A DNA stretch of 64,000 nt from Nonomuraea sp. NPDC050663 (GTDB lineage Bacteria > Actinomycetota > Actinomycetes > Streptosporangiales > Streptosporangiaceae), in the NCBI RefSeq assembly GCF_044456985.1, contig NZ_JBITGL010000015.1:71269-135268 (forward strand), read 5' to 3'. Below the pieces are notes generated by a model. That model searched no databases, was not told the origin of the DNA, and worked only from the letters and a program-made list of their open reading frames with translations. Positions 9,877 to 18,852 of this stretch are shown one piece after another (within the stretch, counting starts at the first letter, position 1; each line of letters begins with the position of its first letter). The position numbers and the translations under genes are program-made.

Positions 9877-11244
9877 CTAGCCGCAGGTGCTGTCGAGCGA
9901 CACCGGCTTGTCGGGTGAGGTGCCGTGCGTCGAGGAGGTCTGCCGGGTGGTCGCCGTCTTCGTGGCGGGCTTCTCGGCCAGGGCGACCCTGACCCGCTGC
10001 TTGATCAGCGCCCAGTCCGGATAGACGGTGCTGATCAGCGGCGGCACGAACTGCAGGCTCTTGATCTGGGTGCCCTTGACCTTCATCGACAGGTCGATCA
10101 GGGCGGGCAGCAGGCTCTGCGGCACGTCCGTCGAGATGGCCCGCTTGGCGGCGCCGGCGAGCTTCTCGAAGCTGTTGAGCACGGTGATCGGGTCGGCCTG
10201 CTTGGCCACCGCGTTGAGCAGGCACTTCTGGCGGCCCATGCGCACGTAGTCGTCGCTGTTCGTCCGGCTCCTGCCGTACCAGAGGGCCTCCTGGCCCGAC
10301 AGCTTGCGGGTGCCGGCGGCCAGGTAGCCCTCGTTGTACTTGCCGAAGGTGATCGGCTCCTTGATGGTGACCCTCACGCCGCCCATCGCGTCGATGATCT
10401 CGGCGAAGCCCTTCATGTCGACCATCGCGTAGTACTCGACCGGGATGCCGAGGATGCCGCTGACGGTCGACTTCAGCAGGGTCGGGCCCCGCTTGCCCTT
10501 GTGCACGCCCGGCACCATCTCCGGGTAGTCCTCGGCGTACTGGAAGACCTCGTTGAGCAGGTTCGGCGTGTAGTCGCCCTCACCGGAGAAGCCGCTCGGG
10601 AAACGTTCGCGGGCCGGGCCGGCGGGCAGCGGGACGTTCTCCAGGTTGCGCGGCAGGCCGAACAGGGTCGCCGCGCCGGTGGCGGTGTCGACGCTGGCCA
10701 CGGTCATGCTGTCGGTGCGCACGCCCGGCCGGTTCGGCGCGGCGTCGGCGCCGATGAGCAGGATGTTGACCCGCTTCGCGCCGTTCCAGGGGTCCTCGGC
10801 CAGCACCGGCGCGCTCGCCGACGGCGAGAAGAGCGTCGTCACCACGTCGTGCGAGAGGTAGGCCAGGCGCGCGGCGTAGGCGCTGGGCGCGATGATCAGT
10901 GCGCAGAGCGAGGCCGCCAGTCCGATGGTCAACATCTGGCCGACCGGGGTAGGGGAAGTGGGCCGGACGAGGATGAAGGACCAGATGATGACTGCTGACC
11001 AGGTGATCGCCACCACGGCTAGGCCGACGGTCATCGCGGTGAGCCACCCTGGCTGTACGGCAAGCGGAAGCAGACGGTCGCCGAAGCCGAACACGGCGAT
11101 GAGCACCGTGGCCAGGACGATCGCGTACGCGCCCATGAGGGCCAGGCCCGTTCGCCGCAGACCCACGACCAGATGGGCCACGCCCCACAACACGGCCGAT
11201 GCGAGCGTCAGCGCCACGCTCCGGCCGAGGCCAAACTGTTTCAT
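9877..11244 (-). CDS. LCP-family (LytR-CpsA-Psr) cell-wall polymer ligase
   Basis: N-terminal TM segments then the LCP domain, with RVNILLIGAD...RTDSMTVASVD...GIPVEYYAMVDMKGFAEIIDAMGGV. Confidence 0.85.
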   Translation of the reverse strand: MKQFGLGRSVALTLASAVLWGVAHLVVGLRRTGLALMGAYAIVLATVLIAVFGFGDRLLPLAVQPGWLTAMTVGLAVVAITWSAVIIWSFILVRPTSPTPVGQMLTIGLAASLCALIIAPSAYAARLAYLSHDVVTTLFSPSASAPVLAEDPWNGAKRVNILLIGADAAPNRPGVRTDSMTVASVDTATGAATLFGLPRNLENVPLPAGPARERFPSGFSGEGDYTPNLLNEVFQYAEDYPEMVPGVHKGKRGPTLLKSTVSGILGIPVEYYAMVDMKGFAEIIDAMGGVRVTIKEPITFGKYNEGYLAAGTRKLSGQEALWYGRSRTNSDDYVRMGRQKCLLNAVAKQADPITVLNSFEKLAGAAKRAISTDVPQSLLPALIDLSMKVKGTQIKSLQFVPPLISTVYPDWALIKQRVRVALAEKPATKTATTRQTSSTHGTSPDKPVSLDSTCG

Positions 11245-11369
11245 GCCTGTTCAACCCCCGTTACCAGCAGATCTATCACAGGTTAGTAACGGAAGTCGGA
11301 TGGGTGGGCCAACGTGCAGATTGGGTCACGTCAATTCAGCGCAAGACCTGTCCAGGACTTGATGTGGGT

Positions 11370-12113
11370 ATGCGGGGACGATACGGATTCGACGCGCCGG
11401 TGCCCTTCTTCGGGCTGATCGTGGGAGCGCTGCTGCTGGCAGGGCTGGCCGTGCTCTCCTTCCGTGCCGACATCATCGCGGCAGGGGTGGCGTTCGTCGT
11501 GGGTGCGCTTTACACGGCTATGAGTGCTTTCAGCTATGCGTACACCGAGCGGCGCGGCAAGTTCGCGGTCTGGTCCCGGGTGCTGGAGCTCGGCGGGGCC
11601 GAGCAGGTGCTCGACCTGGGATGCGGGCGCGGCGCCGTCCTGATGTCGGCGGCGCGGCGGCTGGAGTCAGGGCGGGCCGTCGGCGTGGACCACGCGCCCG
11701 GCGCCGTCCACGCGGCCGCGCGCAACGCCGCCCTCGAAGGGGTCGACGACCTGGTCGAAGTGGTCACCGGCGACCTGCGGGCGCTGCCGTTCGACGATCG
11801 CCGCTTCGACGTCGCGGTGTCAGGGCTGGCCTTCAAGGACCTGGCCACCGCCGGCGACCGGGCCGAGGCCGTGGGGGAGGCGCTGCGGGTGGTCAGGCCC
11901 GGCGGGCGATTGTTGCTGGCGGACGTGCGGCATGCGCTGGAGTACGAAAACGTGCTGCGCGGGCTCGGCGTGACCGACGTGCGGCGGCGCGACCTCGGGT
12001 GGCGCTACTGGTACGGCGGGCCATGGTTCGCCACGTGGCTCGTCGAGGCCCGGCGACCCCGCGAGGATCACCAGGCGGAGGCGCCCTCGAACGAGGTGGG
12101 CGACGGGTCATAG
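11370..12113 (+). CDS. Class I SAM-dependent methyltransferase with N-terminal TM segment
   Basis: Motif I VLDLGCGRGAV and post-I VVRPGGRLLL. ATG at 11370 (or GTG at 11364). The 3' end overlaps the convergent epimerase by 46 nt. Confidence 0.75.
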   Translation: MRGRYGFDAPVPFFGLIVGALLLAGLAVLSFRADIIAAGVAFVVGALYTAMSAFSYAYTERRGKFAVWSRVLELGGAEQVLDLGCGRGAVLMSAARRLESGRAVGVDHAPGAVHAAARNAALEGVDDLVEVVTGDLRALPFDDRRFDVAVSGLAFKDLATAGDRAEAVGEALRVVRPGGRLLLADVRHALEYENVLRGLGVTDVRRRDLGWRYWYGGPWFATWLVEARRPREDHQAEAPSNEVGDGS

Positions 12114-12961
12114 CCCAGATGCCTCCTCGCCGCCGTGATGTCCAGTGTGCGCTCGACGGCCAGGTGGCCCACGGCATACCGGGTCAAGGTCGGGCGCTTC
12201 GACAACACCTCGCTGAGGGTGGCCAGCGCCAGGGCGGGCTTCTCCGGGATGTAGCGCGGGGTGGCCCTGACGGACCGGTGACGAAGGATCGCACGCAGCG
12301 CCTCATCAAGGGTGAGCGGCTCCGCGTCGGTCACGTTGTACACCCCCGGGCGGCTGTCCACGGCCAGCAGGCAGGCTTGCGCGAGGTTATCCACAGACGT
12401 GAGGCTCACCCGCTGAGCACCCGTCCCGACCGCGAGAAGATGGCGGCCCCTGACCGCCCGCAACACCCTCGGGAGGAGCGTGGTGTCCCCGTGGCCGTAG
12501 ATCGCGTGAGGCCTGAGGATGACCGCCCGGCCCATCACCGCCCGCTCCGCGGCCGCCTTCGACGCGCCATAGGCGTTCACATATCTCGCTACCGGCGCCT
12601 GTTCCTCCTTCGCCATCACCGTGGGGCGGAACGGGTCATAGACGCTCGCCGTGCTGACGTGCACGAAGACCGCGTCGGGGAAGGCGCTGACGGCCGCCTC
12701 GGTGCCCAGGAGGTTGGCGCGCCAGATCTCCGCGGGCGGTCCCCAGTCGGTGACGCTGCCGGCGCAATGGACCACGGCGTCCACGTCGAGGGCTGGGGGC
12801 GCGCCCCTGGTGAGATCCCACGACCGGTACGGCACGCCTGGCGGCAGGCCGTCGGCCCGGCGGCGGCGGCCGAAGGCATGCACCTGCCAGCCCTTCGCCA
12901 CCGCGGCCCTGACCACAGCGCCACCCACGAAGCCGGAGGCTCCGGTGACGGCCAGTCTCAT
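12068..12961 (-). CDS. NAD-dependent epimerase/dehydratase family (SDR) protein
   Basis: MRLAVTGASGFVGGAVV Rossmann motif and a YGASK catalytic YxxxK. Confidence 0.8.
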   Translation of the reverse strand: MRLAVTGASGFVGGAVVRAAVAKGWQVHAFGRRRRADGLPPGVPYRSWDLTRGAPPALDVDAVVHCAGSVTDWGPPAEIWRANLLGTEAAVSAFPDAVFVHVSTASVYDPFRPTVMAKEEQAPVARYVNAYGASKAAAERAVMGRAVILRPHAIYGHGDTTLLPRVLRAVRGRHLLAVGTGAQRVSLTSVDNLAQACLLAVDSRPGVYNVTDAEPLTLDEALRAILRHRSVRATPRYIPEKPALALATLSEVLSKRPTLTRYAVGHLAVERTLDITAARRHLGYDPSPTSFEGASAW

Positions 12962-13029
12962 GGGGCTCCTCCTGCTTGGTCAGCACGTCGGTCGTCTCTT
13001 AGGTCGTCTCACAGGTCGTCTCTCGGGTC

Positions 13030-13240
13030 AGCTCCCATCCCAGCTCCTGGCCCGCCTTGCGAGCCGACTCGTGGCCCGACGCGCGGCCCGCCTCCTGGCT
13101 CGACTCGTGGGCCGTCTTCTCGCCCCGCGCCCTGCGCCTCGCCCTGCCTCGCGCCCTGCCTCGCGCCCTGCCTCGCGCCCTGCCTCGCGCCCTGCCCCGC
13201 GCCCCGCCTCGCTACCTGGCCCGCGCCCCGCCTCGCTCCT
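13030..13240. repeat. GC-rich tandem repeat array filling the P450-epimerase intergenic gap: 12-bp unit CGCGCCCTGCCT x ~8 (13126-13233) plus two ~29-bp units (13040-13120)
   Basis: Read directly: cgcgccctgcct repeated four times perfectly at 13150-13197, with degenerate copies on both flanks. Confidence 0.8.
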
Positions 13241-13243
13241 CGG

Positions 13244-14527
13244 TCAGCGGGCGTCACGGGGTTCGACCCTTCGCACGAGCAGCTCGGCATAGGTCGGCAG
13301 CAGCACCCCGCGCGCCGCCCTCCGGCGCACCACCGTGACCTCCGTCCGGAGCACCACGGAGGCCACGGCCTTGATCTCCTCCACAGCCAGCGGATAGCCG
13401 ATGCAGAAATGCGCCCCCGCGCCGAACCACAGCCGCCTCAGCTCGGGCGGATGCCTACGCGTCGGGTCGAAGCCCCCGGCGGCACGAGCGCAGTTGTGCG
13501 TCACGATCATCACCCGGTCGCCGGGGCGCACACCCACGTCCCCGACCCGCGCCGCGCGAGACACCGAACGGAGCATGACGGGGGTGGGGGTGGTGATCCT
13601 CATGGCCTCCTCGATCGCCCGACCAAGGTCGACGGCGAGGCCGTGACCATGGTCACGGTCGAGAACGACACCTGGCTCGCTACCGCCGCCATGCTCTTCA
13701 AGGCACCCATCCCCCCGCCTGTCGTCGCGCTCGCCCGCAGCCCCTTCGGCGCGCCCGCCACCAGACCCCAAGAACCCGTGATCGTGCAGCAACGCCACCA
13801 ACCGCGGCACGAACGTCGCCACCGTCTCCGTCCCCGTGAGAAAGAACGCCCCCGCCGCCCCCCGAGCCTCCGCCTCCGACAACCCCAGCTCGCTCATCCG
13901 CCCCATCACCGTGCCCGGATCCCCGTCACGATAGGCAGCCGAGGCGATGTCGCCGATCCGGTCAAGCACCTCCCTGGCCACCTTCACCTGCCGCCCCGAC
14001 AGGCTGCGGGTGCGCAGCGACACCATCGAGACCACCCGCTCCCCATCGGCGAACAGCTCCCGCGCACGCTCCTCCGACACCTCGCCGAGCCCGATGACCC
14101 TGCAGATCACCGCCCCGGCCATCAGCCGCATCGTGTCCACCAGGTCGACTGTCTCGCCCCGCGCCAGCCGGGCCTCGAGCTCGTCGAGCGGTCTCGCGAG
14201 CACGTCGGCCACCAGCGCCCGCACCGTCGCGGGCACGAACAACGGCGCAAGCTTCGCCCGGAGCGCGGCATGCGCCTCGCCCTCCATGTTGAGCAGCACC
14301 GACGGTCCCAGCACCGGCGTCCACAGGTCGCCGGGCGAGCCGGGCCCGTCCTTGCGGAAGGCAGGATCCATCAGCACCCGCCGAGCCACCGCCGCGTCGT
14401 TGACCACCACGCCCAGCCTCGGCACCCTCACCACCGGCCCCAGCCGCGCGAGCAGCCGCAGCAACGGATAGGCGAAGGGATGCGCCGCCAGATAGAGCCG
14501 TGCCTCGTGATCCAGGAACCTGGTCAC
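13244..14527 (-). CDS. Cytochrome P450
   Basis: Heme-binding loop FGAGAHFCIG, K-helix EEAMR, I-helix LTGTETV. A G/R/D-rich low-complexity segment lies between the I and K helices. Confidence 0.85.
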   Translation of the reverse strand: MTRFLDHEARLYLAAHPFAYPLLRLLARLGPVVRVPRLGVVVNDAAVARRVLMDPAFRKDGPGSPGDLWTPVLGPSVLLNMEGEAHAALRAKLAPLFVPATVRALVADVLARPLDELEARLARGETVDLVDTMRLMAGAVICRVIGLGEVSEERARELFADGERVVSMVSLRTRSLSGRQVKVAREVLDRIGDIASAAYRDGDPGTVMGRMSELGLSEAEARGAAGAFFLTGTETVATFVPRLVALLHDHGFLGSGGGRAEGAAGERDDRRGDGCLEEHGGGSEPGVVLDRDHGHGLAVDLGRAIEEAMRITTPTPVMLRSVSRAARVGDVGVRPGDRVMIVTHNCARAAGGFDPTRRHPPELRRLWFGAGAHFCIGYPLAVEEIKAVASVVLRTEVTVVRRRAARGVLLPTYAELLVRRVEPRDAR

Positions 14528-15948
14528 ATCTCCGCCAGCATCACACCCAGGCTGATCCCGCCGCCCAGCCCCAGTAAGGCGACCCGGTCACCCGCCTGCC
14601 ACGGGCCGAGCGACAGCTGCAGGGGGAGGGTGGCCGATGCGCAGTTACCGTGCTCGGGCAGCGTCACCACCAGCTTGTCCTCGGGGATGTCCAGCGACCG
14701 GGCCAGGAAGTCCAGGTACGGCAGCGCCACCTGGTGCACGGCGACCATGGCGAAGTCGTCCCAGTGCATCCCGGTGCGCTTCAACGCGTCCAGGAAGAGG
14801 TCGGGCCCGACGAGCTCGAACGCCTCCTTCAGCCGCCGGCCGTCACCGCGGAAGTAGGAGTAGTCGGGATCGCGCGGATGCGCCGACCCACCGCCCGGCA
14901 GAGTGCCGATGGCCCAGGCGGTGGAGTCGGCCGAGAAGCCGCGGTAGAAGATGCCCCGGTCGGCATCCGCCTCGACCAGGACTGCGGCTCCCGAGTCCGA
15001 GAGCGTGTATCCGGCGAACGAGTCGACGAACTGCGCGCGGTCGCGCACCTGCCAGCGAATGGCGCGCGACGGCGTCTCACCCGTGCAGACGAGCACCCGC
15101 CGGTGCGCGCCCGTGAGGATGAGCGCTTCGGCGATCTGGATGCCGTTGAGGAGGCTGTTGCACGCGTTCTTCACGTCGAAGACGGGACAGGTGAGGGCGA
15201 GCTTGGCGGCGACGATGTGGGCGGTGGCGGGCTCGACCATGTCTTGGGAGGCGGAGGCGAAGATCAGCAGGTCGATGTCCCCGCGCTCCACCGGCCGCAC
15301 CACCCCATCAGCCCACCGCACCTCCGGCTGCCCGCTCTGACCCGCGCCTCCCTCTCCACGCCCCTGCACGCCCGGCCCCTGCACGCCACGCCTCTGCACG
15401 CCACGCCCCTGTACGCCAGGCCCTTGCACGCCAGGCGCCTCCACGCCAGGCCCCTGCGTGCCAAGCCGCACGCCTGCCGTCTGCGAGTCAGGCCGTCCGC
15501 CGAGCGTCTGCGGGCCCGGCCTTACGCCCGGGGTCTGCACGCCGTGCCTCGCCTCGGGCGCTCCCGAGCCCAGCCTTACGTCGGGCGCCGCCGAGCCCAG
15601 CCCTACGCCGGGCGCATTCGAGCCAAGTCTCCCACCAGGCGCGTCCGAGCCCAGCCGTCCATCCGGCGAGCCCAGCCGTCCGTCCGATGTGCCGAGCCGT
15701 ACCGCGGACCCTCGCGGGCCGCCACGCTCCGCGAGCGGGGCGAGGATGCGGAGGGCCGCCTCCGCCGCCAGGTCCGATGCCTGTTGTCCCGGCGCGGCCA
15801 CGTGCCGTCGGCGGATGCCCGTCATGCGCTCGACGATCCCGCGCGGAGGCCGGTACCCCGACACCGACTGCTCCACCTCGTCGCTGGTGAGCGTCCTGGC
15901 CGGAAGGTAGCTGGCGATCACGCTGATGCGGGCTCTCATTCCCCGCAA
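14524..15948 (-). CDS. 3-oxoacyl-ACP synthase III (FabH-like) with a ~150-aa in-frame tandem-repeat insertion
   Basis: N-terminal ARISVIASYLPARTLTSDEVE..., active-site region DVKNACNSLLNG, and C-terminal ...HGNCASATLPLQL, all FabH-like. A 4-nt overlap (ATGA) with the P450 start. The insertion between the N-terminal region and DIDLLIFAS consists of GVQGP/GRLGS repeats. Confidence 0.7.
   Translation of the reverse strand: MRGMRARISVIASYLPARTLTSDEVEQSVSGYRPPRGIVERMTGIRRRHVAAPGQQASDLAAEAALRILAPLAERGGPRGSAVRLGTSDGRLGSPDGRLGSDAPGGRLGSNAPGVGLGSAAPDVRLGSGAPEARHGVQTPGVRPGPQTLGGRPDSQTAGVRLGTQGPGVEAPGVQGPGVQGRGVQRRGVQGPGVQGRGEGGAGQSGQPEVRWADGVVRPVERGDIDLLIFASASQDMVEPATAHIVAAKLALTCPVFDVKNACNSLLNGIQIAEALILTGAHRRVLVCTGETPSRAIRWQVRDRAQFVDSFAGYTLSDSGAAVLVEADADRGIFYRGFSADSTAWAIGTLPGGGSAHPRDPDYSYFRGDGRRLKEAFELVGPDLFLDALKRTGMHWDDFAMVAVHQVALPYLDFLARSLDIPEDKLVVTLPEHGNCASATLPLQLSLGPWQAGDRVALLGLGGGISLGVMLAEM
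15361..15465. repeat. 15-bp tandem repeat x7 (cccctgcacgccacg-like) inside the KAS III CDS
   Basis: Read directly. It encodes GVQGP/GVQGR pentapeptide repeats on the minus strand. A second family of ~27-bp repeats follows at about 15565-15700. Confidence 0.8.
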
Positions 15949-16015
15949 TCTAGCGAGTGAGGATTGCAGCGAGGTTGAGCATCTCTTGCGGTGTTATGGG
16001 TAGCGCGTCACGCTT

Positions 16016-17458
16016 ATGACGACGGGTACTGTCTCCACCAAAGTCCCGGCCCGCCTTGACCGCCTCCCCTGGTCGCGCTGGCATTGGATGATCGTCATCG
16101 GCCTCGGAACCGTCTGGATCCTCGACGGCCTGGAAGTGACGATCGTGGGCAATCTCTCCGCCCAGCTGGCCAAGCCCGGCAGTGGGGTCGAGATCACCCA
16201 AGCCCAGGTCGCGGGTCTGGCAGCGGCGCTCTACGTGGCGGGAGCGTGTACGGGCGCGTTGTTCTTCGGCTGGCTGACCGACAAGTTCGGCCGCAAGAAG
16301 CTGTTCATCATCACCTTGCTCGTCTATCTGGTCGCCACCGCGATGACGGCGTTCTCCTTCAGCGCCTGGTGGTTCTTCCTGTTCCGTTTCATGACGGGTT
16401 TCGGCATCGGCGGTGAATACGCGGCGATCAACTCCGCGATCGACGAGCTGATCCCGAGCAGGCATCGCGGCCGCATCGACATCATCATCAACGGCAGCTT
16501 CTGGCTGGGCGCGGCGGCGGGCGCGTTGCTGACCGTCCCGCTGTTGAACAATTTCGCCGTCAACGTCGGCTGGCGCATCGCGTTCGGGCTGGGTGTGGTG
16601 CTGGGCATCGGCATCCTGCTGGTGCGGCGGCACGTGCCGGAGAGCCCGAGGTGGTTGTTCATCCACGGCCGGGGTGACGAGGCCGAGGGCATCGTGCGCG
16701 GCATCGAGGACGAGGTGGAGCGCGAGACGGGCGAGCGGCTGGAGGAGCCGCAGCAGGAGATGACGATCCACACCCGCCACTCGATCGGCTTCGTCCGCAT
16801 CGCGCACACGATGGTGGCGCTCTACCCCAAGCGCACGATTCTGGGTCTGTCGCTCTTCCTGGGCCAGGCGTTCCTCTACAACGCGATCACCTTCGGTTAC
16901 GCGCAGATCCTGTCGACGTTCTTCAAGATCGACACGAACGCGGGCTACTACTTCGCCGTCATCTGTGTCGGCAACCTGCTCGGCCCGCTGCTGCTGGGGC
17001 CGCTGTTCGACACGGTCGGCCGGGTGCCGATGATCTCGGCGACCTACATCGGGTCCGGGGTGTTGCTGCTGGGTACGGCGTGGCTGTTCAACCAGGGCGT
17101 GCTGACCGCGGTGACGCTGACGGCGTGCTGGTGCGTGGTGCTGTTCTTCGCCTCGGCGGGCGCCTCGGCGGCCTATCTGACGGTGAGCGAGATCTTCCCG
17201 ATGGAGACGCGGGCGATGGCGATCGCGTTCTTCTACGCCATCGGCACCGCGGCGGGCGGCATCGCCGGGCCGCTGATCTTCGCTTCGCTCGTGGAGACGG
17301 GGGTGCCGGGCAACACGGCGCTGGCCTTCACGATCGGCGCCATCGTGATGATCTTCGGCGGGATCGTGGAGTTGTTCTTGGGGGTGAAGGCCGAGCGCAA
17401 GGGGCTGGAGGAGATCGCCGCGCCCCTGAGCGCCGCCACGGCCGCCGCCAAGTCCTGA
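16016..17458 (+). CDS. MFS transporter (metabolite:H+ symporter / sugar-porter-like)
   Basis: Twelve TM segments, the motif GWLTDKFGRKK after TM2 and GEYAAINSAIDELIP. 480 aa. Confidence 0.8.
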   Translation: MTTGTVSTKVPARLDRLPWSRWHWMIVIGLGTVWILDGLEVTIVGNLSAQLAKPGSGVEITQAQVAGLAAALYVAGACTGALFFGWLTDKFGRKKLFIITLLVYLVATAMTAFSFSAWWFFLFRFMTGFGIGGEYAAINSAIDELIPSRHRGRIDIIINGSFWLGAAAGALLTVPLLNNFAVNVGWRIAFGLGVVLGIGILLVRRHVPESPRWLFIHGRGDEAEGIVRGIEDEVERETGERLEEPQQEMTIHTRHSIGFVRIAHTMVALYPKRTILGLSLFLGQAFLYNAITFGYAQILSTFFKIDTNAGYYFAVICVGNLLGPLLLGPLFDTVGRVPMISATYIGSGVLLLGTAWLFNQGVLTAVTLTACWCVVLFFASAGASAAYLTVSEIFPMETRAMAIAFFYAIGTAAGGIAGPLIFASLVETGVPGNTALAFTIGAIVMIFGGIVELFLGVKAERKGLEEIAAPLSAATAAAKS

Positions 17459-17472
17459 CCATCACGCCAGGG

Positions 17473-18072
17473 TCAGGCGACGTAGCGGCGCATCAGCCCC
17501 GACACCTGGCCGAGGTCGGCGAGGTACAGATGGGGCACATCCACGAAGATCCGCATGGAGCCGCAGCCCAGGCCGAGAATCCGCGCCATCCCGGCCTGGA
17601 CGTCTGCGAGCGGCACATAGTTCAGATAGCTCGTGTAAGCGTTCTGCGACCGGAAGGCCGCAGTCATCACCAGCCGCTCCTGCCTGATCCGGAACGCCAC
17701 CCCGGTCAGGCAGGGCACCTCGTTGGCCGGCTCGGCCGGCCGGGTGAGCGAGATCCACGCGCTCTTGCTGTACGGCTTGGCCCGCAGCACCTCGCTCGCC
17801 CACTGGACCTGGCCGTTGATGCGTTCCCCGTAGCTGTACTTGAAGGGCGCCACGACCTCGTTCTCGGTGAATTTCCTGGCGTAGAGGGCAGCCTTGGCCG
17901 CGTCGCCGTACCGCTCGATGAGCGGGTCGCGCCGGTCCACCTGCTTGATGGAGAAGAGCACCGCCGGAGCCTCGAGGACGGGCCCGCGGTCGTCGTCGGC
18001 CAGCGTGCCGTACGCCTGGACATGGCGCATCAGCCAGAACCACGCCTCACCGCAGGAGGCCTGTTCGATCAT
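17473..18072 (-). CDS. Thymidylate-synthase-fold protein (ThyA/dCMP-hydroxymethylase-like) lacking the first ~75 residues of ThyA
   Basis: By-eye alignment to E. coli ThyA: EAWFWLMRHVQ ~ ELLWFLQGDTN; SKSAWISL ~ RRIIVSAWN; VPCLTG ~ APCHAF (catalytic Cys); AFRSQNAYTSYLNYVPLADVQAGMARILGL ~ [31 protein letters not shown]. Confidence 0.5.
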   Translation of the reverse strand: MIEQASCGEAWFWLMRHVQAYGTLADDDRGPVLEAPAVLFSIKQVDRRDPLIERYGDAAKAALYARKFTENEVVAPFKYSYGERINGQVQWASEVLRAKPYSKSAWISLTRPAEPANEVPCLTGVAFRIRQERLVMTAAFRSQNAYTSYLNYVPLADVQAGMARILGLGCGSMRIFVDVPHLYLADLGQVSGLMRRYVA

Positions 18073-18710
18073 GGGTAACGCCTCCGCCTGGAGATGTTGC
18101 AGCGCACGTAGTAGACCGAATAGTGGAGCAGCGCGACCATCAGGATGCTGATCAGCAGCAGGGTCAAGTTGGGTGACTGGCGGGCCAGGCCGGTGACGCC
18201 GACGGTGAGGTAGGCGGAGTTGGCGATGGCCAGCATCATGACGTTGATGCCGGGCCAGGTGAGCGGCGCGTAGGTCTCTGGGAACTGCGGGTTGGTCGGC
18301 AGGTTGGGCGACCAGTTGAGATCCTTCTTGAGCCGTCCGGTGTAGAGCAGGCGGAAGTTGTTGAGCGCCCGCGCGGTCCTGGCGTGCGCGTCGACGGCTT
18401 CGATCATGCGCAGGAACGGCAGCACGCCGAGCACCCCGAAGGCCGCGACCAGGGCGAACAGGTACCAGGGCACGGTCTCCCAGCTGGTCAGGCTGGCCGG
18501 GTCGACGACCTTGGTGCTGGCCAGCGCGATCGCCGCCGCGAAGGGCGCGGACAGCAGGCTCATCGCCAGCCTGGTCATTTTCAGCCGTTCATCCTTGGCG
18601 GCGAGGTGAACCGCGTAGATGCCGGTGAAGTCCACCGCTGCGAGGTGGAGGAAGTGGCTCGTTTCGAGCTGCTCGTCCTCCGTGGCCATGCGTGGGGGTG
18701 TCTTCCGCAT
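18069..18710 (-). CDS. Hypothetical 4-TM membrane protein, translationally coupled (ATGA) to the ThyA-like gene
   Basis: Four hydrophobic helices. The stop overlaps the downstream start codon. Confidence 0.5.
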   Translation of the reverse strand: MRKTPPRMATEDEQLETSHFLHLAAVDFTGIYAVHLAAKDERLKMTRLAMSLLSAPFAAAIALASTKVVDPASLTSWETVPWYLFALVAAFGVLGVLPFLRMIEAVDAHARTARALNNFRLLYTGRLKKDLNWSPNLPTNPQFPETYAPLTWPGINVMMLAIANSAYLTVGVTGLARQSPNLTLLLISILMVALLHYSVYYVRCNISRRRRYP

Positions 18711-18852
18711 GAGGACGCTCCTGGACTGGGTTCCTTCAGTATGCGCACTCTCCGCCGCATTTCCAGGGCTTTCTTGCCATTTGTTCCAACAAATCTCAAC
18801 TGGTATGGGTCAGGATGGACCCTCACACGGTGTCATGCCCTAGAAAGACAAC

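Noticed and set aside
13009-13340. Short ORFs encoding PRAL/ARQG peptide repeats on both strands
   Set aside because: They are by-products of the 12-bp DNA tandem repeat, with no start context. They are treated as a non-coding repeat array.
11621-14857. 1078-aa plus-strand ORF spanning the methyltransferase, epimerase, repeat array, P450 and KAS III region
   Set aside because: Extreme R/P/G/A composition, no motifs, and it overlaps four supported genes. It is a GC-skew artefact.
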